Below are positions 1 through 11,841 of a stretch of DNA of 64,000 nucleotides, piece by piece. The translations under genes and the position numbers were made by a program. This DNA comes from Mobula birostris. Taxonomy: Eukaryota. A model generated the notes under the pieces. The model did no database searches and was not told where the DNA came from. It saw only the letters and a program-made list of their open reading frames with translations. How positions within the stretch are numbered: position 1 is the stretch's first letter; each line of letters begins with the position of its first letter. The DNA lies in contig NC_092382.1 in the NCBI RefSeq assembly GCF_030028105.1, positions 53,085,764-53,149,763 of the forward strand, written 5' to 3'.

Positions 1-865
1 AAGACTTGGATAGATTGGAAGAATGGGCAGAGAAATGGCAAATGAAGTACAATGTTGGAAAGTGTATGGTTCTGCACTTTGGCAGAAAAAATAAACAGGC
101 AGACTATTATTTAAATGGGGAAAGAATTCAAAGTTCTGAGATGCAACGGGACTTGGGAGTCCTCGTACAGGATTCCCTTAAAGTTAACCTCCAGGTTGAG
201 TCGGTAGTGAAGAAGGCGAATGCAATGTTGGCATTCATTTCTAGAGGAATAGCGTATAGGAGCAGGGCTGTGATGTTGAAGCTCTATAAGGTGCTGGTGA
301 GACCTCACTTGGAGTACTGTGGGCAGTTTTGGTCTCCTTATTTAAGAAAGGATGTGCTGACGTTGGAGAGGGTACAGAGAAGATTCACTGGAATGATTCC
401 AGGAATGAGAGGGTTAACATATGAGGAACGTTTGTCCGCTCTTGGACTGTATTCCTTGGAGTTTAGAAGAATGAGGGGAGACCTCATAGAAACATTTCAA
501 ATGTTAGAAGGCATGGACAGAGTGGATGTGGCAAAGTTGTTTCCCATGATGGGGGAGTCTAGTACGAGAGGGCATGACTTCAGGATTGAAGGGCGCCCTT
601 TCAGAACAGAAATGCGAAAAAATTTTTTTAGTCAGAGAGTGGTGAATCTATGGAATTTGTTGCCACGGGCAGCAGTGGAGGCCAAGTCATTGGGTGTCTT
701 TAAGGCAGAGATTGATAGGTATCTGAGCAGCCAGGGCATCAAAGGTTATGGTGAGAAGGTGGGGCAGTGGGACTAAATAGGATAAAATAGATCAGCTCAT
801 GATAAAATGGCGGAGCAGACTCGATGGGCCGAATGGCCTACTTCTGCTCCTTTGTCTTATGGTCT
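1..865 (+). mobile_element. CR1-clade LINE, 3' end of ORF2 plus 3' UTR
   Basis: ORF 6..776 has the CR1 C-terminal motifs (WQMKYNVGKC, RDLGV, LYKVLVRPHLEYC, LERVQRRFT, RRMRGDLIETF, FFSQRVVNLWN). It is followed by the CR1 3' stem-loop gatgggccgaatggcct and a short tail. Confidence 0.95.
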
Positions 866-1507
866 ATTCGTTATGCATAATGATTTAGTTTTTTATTTAT
901 TATGTTTTAATTTATTATCTATGCCAGAATATGTATTTATGTATTGCATTCAACTGCTGTTGCTGAGTCAAACAAATTTCACTTCAATTGCCTGTGATAA
1001 TAAATCTGATTTTGACATAATAAGATATATATATATATATACCACACTCAATTTGTTTACCTGTTCATTACTCGAATGGGGCAAGGAGGTTGTCCAGTAC
1101 ATGAAATCAGCAAGTACACAAACTGGGTGAGAGAGGGGATCTAGGAAATGGCAAGTATTTTGTCAGCTCCGGCACCTAAAACAATTAGCACTGCACTCCT
1201 GCTGAAAGGACATCCCACTTTCTAACAACCGCCCTCCTTTCACGCCTACGGTCCCACAACCTTCCGACTACTCACCCCCCACCCACAGTCCACCCGTAAC
1301 CTCTACCCACACACAGACAGATCCCCTTCACCCCAAACCCCCTCCCAGCCTGGGAACCACAACTGACTGATCCCACAGCCCGGGCTCGGGCGCAAAGCTA
1401 AAACCGGGGCTGCGGGACCGGAGAGCCCGGAGTCTGCAGCTGTCCGGCAGAACTCGGTCCCGGCCCTTTCCAACTGCAGCAAACCCCCGATTTACACAAA
1501 CTCCATT

Positions 1508-1730
1508 ACTCACCTCCTCGGTAGCAGAACCGCCGGCGACAACTGTGATGGGCACCGGGCCGACGTTCAGCAGGATATTCGCCGCAGCACCACCCGTGGA
1601 CGGAGGTCAATGCAGCGCCACCAGTGGCCGGAGGTCCTTGCAGCGCCGCCGGCGGACGGAGGTCAATGCAGCGCCACTGGTGGCCGGAGGTCCATGCAGC
1701 GCCGCCGGCGGCCGGAGGCGGGAGGGACAA
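1508..1730 (-). promoter_or_regulatory. CpG-rich putative first exon/promoter of a leftward transcript
   Basis: CpG-dense stretch with a consensus donor GAG|GTGAGT on the minus strand (plus actcac at 1508-1513). No coding exon was identified. Confidence 0.4.
1584..1723. repeat. GC-rich 28-bp minisatellite, about 5 units
   Basis: Units start at 1584, 1612, 1640, 1668 and 1696; consensus gcagcgccRcYRgYggMcggaggtcMat. Confidence 0.9.
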
Positions 1731-1744
1731 CGGAGAGGTAGATC

Positions 1745-2680
1745 ACAAACACGACAAACTGCAGATGCTGGAAATCCAGAGCAACACCAACAAAATGCTG
1801 GCGGAACTCAGCAGGCCGGGCAGCATCAATGAACATTTGACGTTTCCAGTTGAACCCTCCTTCAGGACTGAGATGGAATAGGGGAAATATCTGAATAAAA
1901 TCGGGGCGGGCGAGGAAATGCCGAGCTGGAGGGTGATAGGTGAAGCCAGGTAGGTGGGAAAGCTCAAGAGCAGAAGAAAATAGAATCTGATAGGAGAGGA
2001 GAGTGGAGAATAGGAGAAAGGGATGGAGCAGTGGATCCAGAGAGAAGTGTTCAGCAGGTGAGAGGACGTGAAAAGTCAGAGAGGAAGAGAGGGAGTGGGA
2101 GGGAGAGGTGAGGGGGAGATCTGTTCGGCGGAAGGAGAAATCGATATTCATGCCATCAGTTTGGAGGGTAACCAGACGGAATATGAGGCGCTGATCCTGG
2201 ACCCTGAGGGTGGCCTCATCTTGGCACAAGAGGAGGCGATGGGTTGACACGTCGCAACGGGAATGGGAATCGGAATGAAAATGTTTGGACACCGGGAAAT
2301 CCCGCTCGGAGCAGATAGTTCAAAGGTTAATTAATTATCAAAGCAGGGATCCATAAACAGCTCCGAGTTTTTGTTTTCTTCTCCAGTGAGCCACGGAACA
2401 AAGAACATGAAAGTCGTTCAGAGAGAAACATCAAACTCCCACCCAACCCCCGCATAAAAAGGAACGGCATCCCGATCATCAACCCCCAAAACCCCACTCC
2501 TCCCGCAAATGGGAAAAATAACATCGATCCCCCCGAAAAAACAACCCGACCCCGCACAACTGCGGAGGAGCCGGTGTCACCAGTGCAGAGGAGCCGCATC
2601 GGGAGCAGCGGACACAACGGGCGACCCCGGAAGATTCACAGGTGAAGGGTCGCCTCACCCGGAAGGATGTTTGGACAACG
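1745..2680 (-). mobile_element. Penelope-like element 3' part (GIY-YIG), split by a LINE-tail fragment at about 2325-2565
   Basis: Minus-strand peptides FRVRRPFTCESSGV..CVRCSRCG and HFHSDSHS...LIFRLVTLQTDGMNIDFS match ORF 55786..56559. The terminal sequence ctgcagatgctggaaat is shared with the other copies. Confidence 0.85.
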
Positions 2681-3129
2681 GGGAGAGTTCGGCCGTCCGG
2701 CCCTTTCACTGTGACCCCCGAACTCCACATCAAATCCGTCCAAACGAATCTGGGTGAACTTTAATGACCAATAAATATAATTCCTCTCTTTGATCAGCTG
2801 TCTGAATGATTCCCTGACTCTGAGAGGAAGGGGTGTCTATGGTCCACATTGTCAGGGTGTTGAGTTTACCAGGAGACAGAGACTGCAGGGACGGGAGGTT
2901 TTCTGGTCACTAATACACTGTGTGTGGACCCCGCTGGCAATTCTGGTGTTGTGACCCGAATCGAGACAAACACCACGCTGCCCACTCCACCAACAACACG
3001 GCACAGCCGGACACATAACAGGGGACTTTACATCTCACAACACTGGATTCAGTGATGAAACCCGTGATTAATGTTGTTGTCCCACTGAAATCATAAGAAA
3101 TGTCCATTCAGGTGTTTTTAATTACAAGC

Positions 3130-3456
3130 GCTCCCCCACAGGTGACGTCACACATGGTTCCCCCCGTGCGTAACTGACGTCACACACGCGCTGCTCTGCT
3201 CGTGCTGAGGCGGTTTAACGGCTGAGCTACCGACCACGAGACCCCTCCACCCCTCACCTCCGAGGCGATGTCAATCACTGTTTCCGCCCAATAGCGGAGG
3301 CGGACCAGCCGAGAGGGCGTTACCCCGCTCAAAGAGGAGCAAACCTCAAAGTAAATGTCCGCTTTCTGATTTATTTCCATTTCCCTCCGAGGGAAGTTGG
3401 GACGTTTGTGAAGCGTCTCCTGCGGCCGGAGTCTGATGTGTCGCTGAGAGGTAGGA
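3130..3456 (+). promoter_or_regulatory. CpG-island-type promoter and putative first exon
   Basis: Two TGACGTCA (CRE) palindromes at 3143 and 3175, a GC/CCAAT box ccgcccaat near 3284, and a donor-like GAG|GTAGG at 3450/3451. Confidence 0.5.
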
Positions 3457-3749
3457 GGAGACCGCTCGGCCCGTCGGTTTGATGCCGGTTCCCCGGGGAG
3501 GGAGAGGATGAAGACGGTGAGAGAGGGGGCGGACAGGATGTTTGTCCCGGTGGGGACAGGAGGGGCTCATCTGTGGAAATGTCTGAGCCCACGGTGGTGG
3601 CGATTCACCACATTGGGGGCAAACACCGGCAGACTGTTGCCCTGCAAGCGGGGCCAATGGTCCGGGCAAAGTGACAATTATTTGTGTTTTGTTGAGATTG
3701 CACCGGGAATATGGTGTAAAATCCCGCTCCCCACACTAACACGGGTTAT

Positions 3750-4010
3750 ACAGACCAAAGAACAAACTGCCGGAGGAACTCAGTGGGTCGGGCAGCATCT
3801 GTGGAGGGAAATGGACCGTCAACATTTCGGGCCGAGACCCTCCCTCTGGACTGAGAGTGGACGGGAAATAGTCCGAGAAAAGAGGTGAGGGGTGGGGATG
3901 GGGCAAGAGCTGGGGAGTGAGAGGTGGGTCCAGGTGAGGGGGAGGTGGGAAGGTGGAAATAGTGACAGGGGTGGGAGGTGAGTGGTTGGGGCAACACGGG
4001 GCTGCAGAAG
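3750..4010 (-). mobile_element. Penelope-like terminal fragment
   Basis: ggaggaactcag...ggcagcatc...tttcgggccgagaccct is shared with the other Penelope ends; the hammerhead motif is degenerate. Confidence 0.75.
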
Positions 4011-4059
4011 ATGGAAATTAATTCCATAGAGGATTAACAGAGAGGTTAGAGAGTATTTG

Positions 4060-4500
4060 TTATAGAGGGTGCAATGAAGATTCACCAGACTGATCCCTGG
4101 AGTGGTGGGTGATCATATGAAGAAAGATCAAATGTGATAACCCTTTCATTTAGAGAACCGAGAACTGAGAGGTGAACACATTGAAATGCACAACATCATT
4201 ACCGGTTGAACCAGGGATCCCAGTCTCTGAAAAAGGGGTTGGACTGTCCAGGACTGAGATGAGGGAAAATGTCTTCACTCCAAGAGTGGTAAATGTCTGT
4301 AAATCCCCACCCCAGAGGGCGGTGAAGATTCGGTGATCATCCTCACATAAAACAGAGGCCAGCAGATGTGTGGAGACTGGAGGGATCGAGGAAATGAGGA
4401 TCGGGCAGAAACATGTGGCTGAGATGGGAGAGCAGCCGTCATCTTGTTGATGGTTAGAGGGGCTGAATGGCCACATCCTGCTGTTTCTCACTTGATGTTT
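4060..4500 (+). mobile_element. Degenerate CR1 3' fragment
   Basis: agattcaccagactgatccctgg, ttcactccaagagtggtaaat and gggctgaatggcc resemble 380-860. Confidence 0.7.
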
Positions 4501-5539
4501 CAGTGTTGCTGTCCAGTGAGGCCGGGGGACTGTGAATAGAAATGAGTGTTTTTAAACACAGACTGATTTAAATGAAACCTGCACATTTCCTGTTTGGGTC
4601 TGAATTGTGTGTTGGATCGGAATGGGAATTGAACCCTTGACTCTGTGACTTGGAGGTGGAGGGAAAGGGAGAGGGAAGATATGGAGGGAAAAGGTAACTA
4701 CGTATCTGGTGGCAGTGGAATAATGTGGAAAATGCAGTGGATGGGTTGGGCAGCGGGTGAGGGGTGAGGAGCAGAGTCACCGGTTCAGGTGGGAGACCCT
4801 CCACCCGTCACCTGATCCCGTTTCCTGTTCACATTTCCCTGCAGATCTGTAGCATCTGTCGGTCACTACTCTACATGTCCGTGTAGCTTCATCTTTCGCC
4901 CATTCAGACAAGGCAGTGAGATCCGGATCTGTCACGTCCTCTTGTCGTGGGTGGACAATATGTTTTTTTTCTGCAATATTTTCAGCATGTTTCATTCCAC
5001 TGTTATTACCTGCTGAAGTGCAGCCAATGTTTCTGTGTGTATGACCAATTTGTGTGAGAGTTTAGCCTTTTCTATTTATCTGAGCTTCTCATAAACGTGT
5101 AGTTTACTTAAGCTTCACTCTAGAATTTCCAAAGCAACAACCCAGTCAGTATTTAGTTCCACACAATTAAAATAGTTTATTATATTTTTTTTATTTTGTA
5201 TTACTTATATAATTTAACTGTTTAATATGCATATTCTTATCTTAAATCACATTTGATAAAATCTATTGTTATGAATTGGGTTCTATTGCTGCCGCAGAGA
5301 CAACAAATTTCATGACATATGCCGGAGCTATTAAACCTGATTCTGATTATCGGTATGGGAGACCCACCACCAGTCACCTGATCCCAGTTACCGCAGATTG
5401 TAATGCGAGATTGAAGCCTTTTCTATTTATCTGCATTCTACAGAAATAACAAAAGTTAAGTTTCCTTCTGTGGTTCCAAAGCAGCTCAGTCTGTCTAACA
5501 TTTCCACACAATTAAAATGGGGAATTTGTTTATTTTTAT

Positions 5540-6275
5540 CACGTACTGAGCTACAGTGAAATTCTTGCCCGACATACCATCCACACAGATCAATACATTA
5601 CAATAGTACATTGAGCTGATATACATCAAAACAATAACTGTAACAAAGCATTATGGCTGCAGAGAAAGTGCAGTGCAGATAGACACATGGCGCAGGGTCA
5701 CGTCGAGTTACATTGTGAGGTCGAGTCCATTTTTTTGGCTTATAACCGCAGACAGGAGGCCGTCCTTGAGGCTGGTGGTACGCGCTTTAAGGCTTTTGTA
5801 TCTCTTCCCTGATGGGGGAGTGGGGTTGCAGCAAGAACGTCCAGGTTGTGAGGGTCTTTGAGTACATGGTCTGCTTTTCCGACGCAGGGGAAGTGTAGGA
5901 AGAGTCCATGGAGGGGAGGCTTGTTTCTCTGATGTTCTCTGCTCTCCAAAGTTCTCTGCAGTTCCTTGCAGTCATGGGCAGAGCAGTAGCCATACGAAGA
6001 TGTGAAGTATCGACAAGAAGCTCAGAGACCTCGGCCTTCACCCTGCCTTGTGTCGCTGGATCCTGGACTTCCTGTCAGATCGCCGGCAGGTGGTAAGAGT
6101 GGGCTCCCTCACCTCTGTCTCTCTGACCCTCAGCACACATACCCCACAGGGTTGTCTCCTTGCCCCCTCCTTTACTCTTTTTATACCCATGACTTGTGTC
6201 ACCACCCACAGCTCCAATCTACTAATTAAATTTGCTGACGACCCTACATTGATTGGCCTAATCTCAAATAATAAC
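5540..6275. mobile_element. Rex1/Babar-like LINE fragments: minus about 5540-6000, plus RT fragment about 6005-6275
   Basis: Plus-strand peptide CRWILDFLSDRRQVVRVG...PQGC..., IKFADDPTLIGLI; it abuts the truncated end of the Gypsy RT. Confidence 0.75.
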
Positions 6276-7799
6276 TTTCAATCGATCAAATGCATCCTGA
6301 CAAGGCTCGGTCCAAACAAACTTTTCACCCTTCTTCAGGAGATTAGTCAGAGGAAGAGCGATATCAGCAAAGTTCTTACAGAACTTACGATAATATCCAA
6401 TCATTCCCAGAAACCTTCTGAGAGCCTTCATACCAGTCGGATTAGGAACTTCAGAAATTCCCTGGACTTTTGCCTGAACAGGAGCCAACTTGTCTTGACC
6501 TACTACATAGCCAAGATAGGTCACAGTGGCATGGCCAAATTCACTATTAACTGTAAGGTTGGCTTGGGAAAGCCTGTCAAACAGCTTTTCTACTGCAGAG
6601 ATATGCTCTTCCCAAGTGTCACTCCCTGTGACTAAGTCACCAATATAGGCAACTGCGTGTTCTAACCCTCGAATTACAGAATCAATCATTCTCTGGAATG
6701 TTCCTGGAGCATTTTTCATTCCAAATGGCAAAACATTGTATTCATACAACCCAGTAGCTGTCACTAACGCGGAAATTTCTCTACCTCCGTCTGTCAATGG
6801 AACGCACCAATACCCTTTCAACAGATCAATCTTTAAGAAATTTAGCTTTTCCAACCTTATCGAGGCAATCATCCACCATAGAGATAGGATAGGCATCTGT
6901 TTTTGTTACTGCATTTACCTTCCTATAGTCAGTGGAAAATCTAACACTACCATCAGGTTTGGGCACAATAACGCAGGGTGAGCTCCAATCTGATTTTGAA
7001 GGCCTAATAATACCATTTTTCAGCATATATTCAATTTCTTACTCAGCCAATTTACGCTTTTCTACGTTCATGCAATATGGGTGCTGTTTAATTGGTTTGG
7101 CTTGACCAATATCTACGTCATGTACTGCGACCGTGGTTTGCTTGGGAACGTCGGGAAATAAATTTTTAAACTTCAGAATTAATTTCTCAGCTGTTGTTCT
7201 TGCTTTGGCTGCAGATGAGCCAACTTGTTATCAATGTTTTCCAGAACAACCAAGTTCATTAGCCTAACTGGGACCATGTCTGGCTTGTGAAAAATCTCAG
7301 GCTACGTCCACACTAGACCGGATAATTTTGAAAACGCAGGTTTGGCGTAAAAACGCCAGGTGTCCACACCAGGCAATTTTCAAAATACCTCTGTCCTCAT
7401 TAGAATGGATATTTGGGTGAATCTCCTCCAACTGGGCATGCGCAAGACACACGGAAAAAAATCAAAGAGGAAACGGTGTACTTGGTGCGCGTTTGTCCAG
7501 TTGGACTAGAGAAACTTAAATGGAAATTGCCAAACAAAAGACCTGGTGCGCGTTAGTCCAGAAACGTTTTCTACAGCCATAGTCTCTTCACCGATGAAAG
7601 GGACGACAGGTACAACTAAATGGAACAAGGCTTGTTACTAGGCAAAAGTGAAATTTGCTGTTACCTCATTTGTTTGCCTTTACCTTTGCCATGTCTTTGT
7701 GTATTAATTTGGTGTATTTAACATGTGCAATAGAATGAGTTACTGGGCAAAGGTGACAATTGCATCTATTGAATGTTTGCACAAGCAATACATTAATCA

Positions 7800-8183
7800 T
7801 ATTACACAAGCATGGGTGAACCCAAGTGCAGAACAGGGGCGTGGGGACAGAGTCGGGAGTCGTTATCACCGTAGCGAGTGTGGAATCGGTTTCCAGGGGA
7901 GTCTTTACCTGAAGTCTTGGGTTTGGAGAGAATCCAGGAGCGATGCTATACTTAGAACTAACAGTCCTAAGAACCATGAACGAAGGTTACTCACACTGGC
8001 GTCGACCAACGAACTGTCAGCTCGTTGTTGTGATCACAGGGTCTTTATCCTGCATTTTCTGATGGAAAGCAGGTGTGTGTGTGTAAGTGGAACCTGGGAA
8101 TGATTGGAAATTAAACGAGGGGATTGAAGCCCAATTCCTGAGGTAAACAGTAAGGTGGGGGATTGCCAGAAGGGTCCGTGACA
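7800..8183 (-). mobile_element. Solo Gypsy-type LTR nested in the Harbinger
   Basis: The minus strand starts tgtcacgg and contains cacacctgctttccatcag, as does the LTR at 26435. Candidate 5-bp TSD AATCA/AATAA. Confidence 0.6.
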
Positions 8184-8384
8184 AATAAAGTGCCTTGTTA
8201 AATGTATAAAACATGTCTGCATCAGTGTTATCTTGTATTTCCATACAATGTTACATTAGGCTGTTACACATCCATTGTCAAAGAAGTACTTGCATAAATA
8301 GGTAAACTACCTTCATACAAGCAAGGACAGAAAACAGGGCAAAGTAAGTATACTTATTTATTCAGTAAGGTACGGATCAAAGTA

Positions 8385-8525
8385 GCTCCCCCACGGCAAG
8401 CCAGGACGGAGATAATGAGGAGGAATCGGTGAATCTGTCTTTGATTCTCAGAGAGATTCATGAGTTCCGACAAGATAACAACAAACAGCTGGAAGATATT
8501 AAAGGAGAAATAGTAAAAACTCTGT
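8385..8525 (+). mobile_element. L1-like ORF1 N-terminal fragment
   Basis: Translates as EEESVNLSLILREIHEFRQDNNKQLEDIKGEIVKT, resembling the coiled-coil start of fish L1 ORF1p. Confidence 0.55.
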
Positions 8526-8539
8526 GTACGTACATCTAT

Positions 8540-9055
8540 TGAAGCTTCTGGACACATCTTCAGTGATGTTCCTGGAATCATCGGGTGTTTCGGGTCTTTC
8601 AACATCATACAACCTCCTCCAGGTGACCCAGCCGGGGCTGATCAGGTCCCAGCTTGTGTCCAGATGGCTAGCTACTTACGAATCCATGGCTCCCCTCTTT
8701 TGAGCCACAGCCATCTTGAGGCCCTCTCTGCCGCATCAGTGGTACTGCGGATGGCTCTCCTCTTCCCCTCTCCCTCGATGCCCAAAATGCTGAAAGCTCT
8801 AACTAAAGAACGGGCTACGAATCCCCTGCAACCAACCTCCACTGGGAGACACCTTGCTTTCCATCCAGCCTGCTGACAGTTGCTGACCAGTCCTGCGTAC
8901 TTGGAGAGCTTCCTTTCAAAGGCCTCCTCCAAGCTATCTTCCCATGGGACTGTCAGCTCCAGCAGCACCACTTGCTTAGTAGACTCAGACACTATGACAA
9001 CGTCTGGTCGCAGGGTGGTGGCTGCGATATGGTTGGGGAACTTCAGCTGCCCATC
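8540..9055 (-). mobile_element. RLE-endonuclease non-LTR retrotransposon 3' end (Hero-like)
   Basis: TTLRPDVVIVS...VVLLELTVPWE...ERKLSKY...PVEVGCRGF is a PD-(D/E)xK restriction-like endonuclease; the 3' UTR is self-complementary. Confidence 0.85.
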
Positions 9056-11409
9056 AGAAGTACTTGCATAAATAGGTAAACTACCTTCATACAAGCAAGG
9101 ACAGAAAACAGGGCAAAGTTAGTATACTTACTTATTCAGTAAGCTATGGGTCAAAGTATTTGGTAAGTACATTTCTAACTCTTCTGGCTTCAGTATTGTT
9201 TCTGTCTGTTCTGAAATTGTTAGGTTGTGTGGGGGGGGTTGCGTTCAAGAAAACAATGAAATGTCGCGCTGCCGCCATCTGTTCTGGCACGTCATGACAG
9301 CGTTTTTAAAAATATCCGTTTACCCCGTCCACACTGCTTTGCGCAATCGACGTTTACAAATTTACACACTCCGGAGGGCGTTGAAGAAAATCTCTGTTTT
9401 TGGGGGAGGAAAACACCATTTCAGTGTGGACAGAGGGTCAAAACGAAGACAGAAAGCTTTGGTTACGAATTTATCCAGTCTAGTGTGGACGTAGCCTTAG
9501 ATGAGTCAATTGTTTCATTTTCAGCATTGCCAGATTCATATATTTTGACAACAACACTCACAGATGCTGCCTGCTTGACAAAATAAGGCTTTATCATATT
9601 TATGTGTACCACCTGTGTTAGTTGACGTCGGTCGGGTGTTTTAGTAACATAATTCGCATCATTACTTTGAGAGACTATTTCATATGGTCCATTGAATTTC
9701 GCCTGAAGTGGATACGTCAACATTGGAAATAGGGCAAGCACCTTATTCCCCACCTCGTATTTTCTTCCGCAAGCCCACTTATCAAACCAACACTTCATTT
9801 TGTTTTGAGAAATCTTTAAGTTTTGTCTCACTAGACTACAAGCTTGGTGTAGTTTATTTTTGAACTTCAAAACAGTCTAACAGGTTAACATGTACATCCC
9901 CATCAAACCACTGTTCCTTTAACAAGGCCAAAGTTCCCCTCACTCTATGACCAAATACAAGTTCAAAAGGACTAAAGCCCAGTAATTCCTGTACCGGCTC
10001 TCTTACTGCGAACAAAAGCAAATGTATTCCTTCATCCCAGTCTTTTCCATTTTCAACACGGTATGTCTTAATCATTGTTTAGAGGGTAGAAGGAAATGTT
10101 TCTAAAGCCCCTTGTGATTCCGGATGGTACTCAGACAATGTAATTTGTTTAGCTCCCAGTTCATAAAATACCTGCTGGAACAATCCAGGTGTAATATTAC
10201 TTCCTTGATCAGACTGGATTTCTTTAGGTAAACCAAATAAAGTAAAAAACCTGTTAAGAGCTTTCGCCACAGTTTTAGCTTTAATATTTCTGAGAGTTAT
10301 TGCTTCTGGGAATCTGGATGCAGTACACATAATATTTAGCAAATACTGATGGCCAGATTCAGTCTTTGGCAATGGGCCAACACAATCCACTATAACTTTG
10401 GAAAAGGGTTCACCGAATACAGGTATAGCCAGAGTGGGCCACTGGGGTGACCTGATTAGGTTTACCCACAAATTGATAAGGGTGACAGGTTCTGCAAAAG
10501 GTCACAACATCTTTCCTTAAATTAGGCCAATAAAATTGTTCCATAATCCTGTTTACCATTTTATTCACTCTGAAATGGCCACCTCAGGGCATACTGTGGG
10601 CCAAAGCTAAAATTTTAGTCCTATAAACTTTAGGGACAACAACTTGGTGAACAATTGCCCATTCCTCACTCACAGGTATAGCAGGTGGCCTCCACTTCCT
10701 CATTAACACTCCATCCTTGAGATAATAGCCAACTGGTACTTTCTTAATCTCATTATCTGAGAAAGCTGTTTCTTTTAAAGCTTCAATCTCAGGGTCTTGG
10801 TTCTGTTCTGCTATAAACTCCTTCCTAGACAGGAATAAATCTTTCTTATCAGACTAACTACCTGAGTCCTGTTGAAACAAAGAAGGTAGAAGAGTCCCTG
10901 ATAAGTCATCATAACCTGAATCCCGATTTTGGCTGTCATGGGTATCAGAATCATGCTGCACAGAACTGTCTGCATTGGCAGACTTTTTAGCCATACTTTG
11001 AGTTACTGCGCAGGAAGGATAAATGTTAAAATCCATCTGTGGGTCGTCAGTGGTTGGCTTAGTTGTCAACTGCACTGCAGGAACGACTTTACCATCTGCC
11101 CGGTCATTCCCTAACAGCAAAGTAACATCTTCCACCGGTAAACTGGAGCATAATCCAATCTTAACAGGTCTCGAAACCAACCCTGACTAAAATTACCCTG
11201 TGCAGTGGCACAGAAACCATGCCACCCCCAATGCCTTTAATAAGATTTACCTCACCTATGTTAGTCTCATCATCAAACTTTAGAACACTGTCTAATGTAA
11301 GTGACTGAGAAGCCCCAGTATCTCAAAGAATTTTCATAGGTACCAGGGTTGACCTTTCCTTTACTAATACAAACCCATCTGACATAAAGTGATCGAATAC
11401 CTTCTGAAC

Positions 11410-11841
11410 AAGAGGAATTCTGCAGATGCTGGAAATTCAAGCAACACACATCAAAGTTGCTGGTGAATGCAGCAGGCCAGGCAGCATCTCTAGGAAGAGG
11501 TACAGTTGACGTTTCGGGCTGAGACCCTTCGTCAGGACTAACTGAAAGAAGAGCTAGTAAGAGATTTGAAAGTGGGAGGGGGAGGGGGAGATCCAAAATG
11601 ATAGGAGAGGACAGGAGGGGGAGGGATGGAGCCAACAGTTGGACAGGTGATTGGCAAAGGGGATATGAGAGGATCATGGGACAGGATGTCTGTGGAGAAA
11701 GACAAGGGGGAGGGGGAGAACCCAGAGGATGGGCAAGGGGTATAGTCAGAGGGAGAGACGGAGAAAAAAGGAGAGTGAGAGAACAAATGTGTGTATAAAA
11801 ATAATAATAAATAACGGATGGGGTACGAGGGGGAGGTGAGG
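11410..11841 (-). mobile_element. Penelope-like 3' terminal insertion with a 16-bp TSD
   Basis: cgaataccttctgaac at 11394-11409 and 11842-11857; the insert matches the reverse complement of about 56560-56965. Confidence 0.92.
11504..11539 (-). ncRNA. Minimal type I hammerhead ribozyme motif (Penelope)
   Basis: AGUC-CUGACGA-A-GGG UCUCAG CCC-GAAAC-GUC-AACU. The core is intact; stem I has one mismatch. Confidence 0.75.

Larger units (their letters stand above)
8282..9158. repeat. 103-bp direct repeat (8282-8384 and 9056-9158) flanking the L1/Hero insert
   Basis: agaagtacttgcataaatagg...tcaaagta occurs twice, with 5 mismatches, all in the last 40 bp or so. Confidence 0.92.
7300..9496. mobile_element. 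Non-autonomous PIF/Harbinger DNA transposon
   Basis: TIRs ggctacgtccacactagacYggataa (26 bp, 1 mismatch) with 3-bp flanks TCA/TTA. Removing the element restores the Gypsy pol frame (DSS-EIFHKPDMVPVRL). Confidence 0.9.

Noticed and set aside
1584-1723. Covarying RNA hairpins in the 28-bp repeat
   Set aside because: The changes match CpG deamination on either strand, and the 2-nt loops are implausible.
6048-6635. 195-aa plus-strand ORF as a gene
   Set aside because: Chance read-through from a Rex RT fragment into antisense Gypsy RT.
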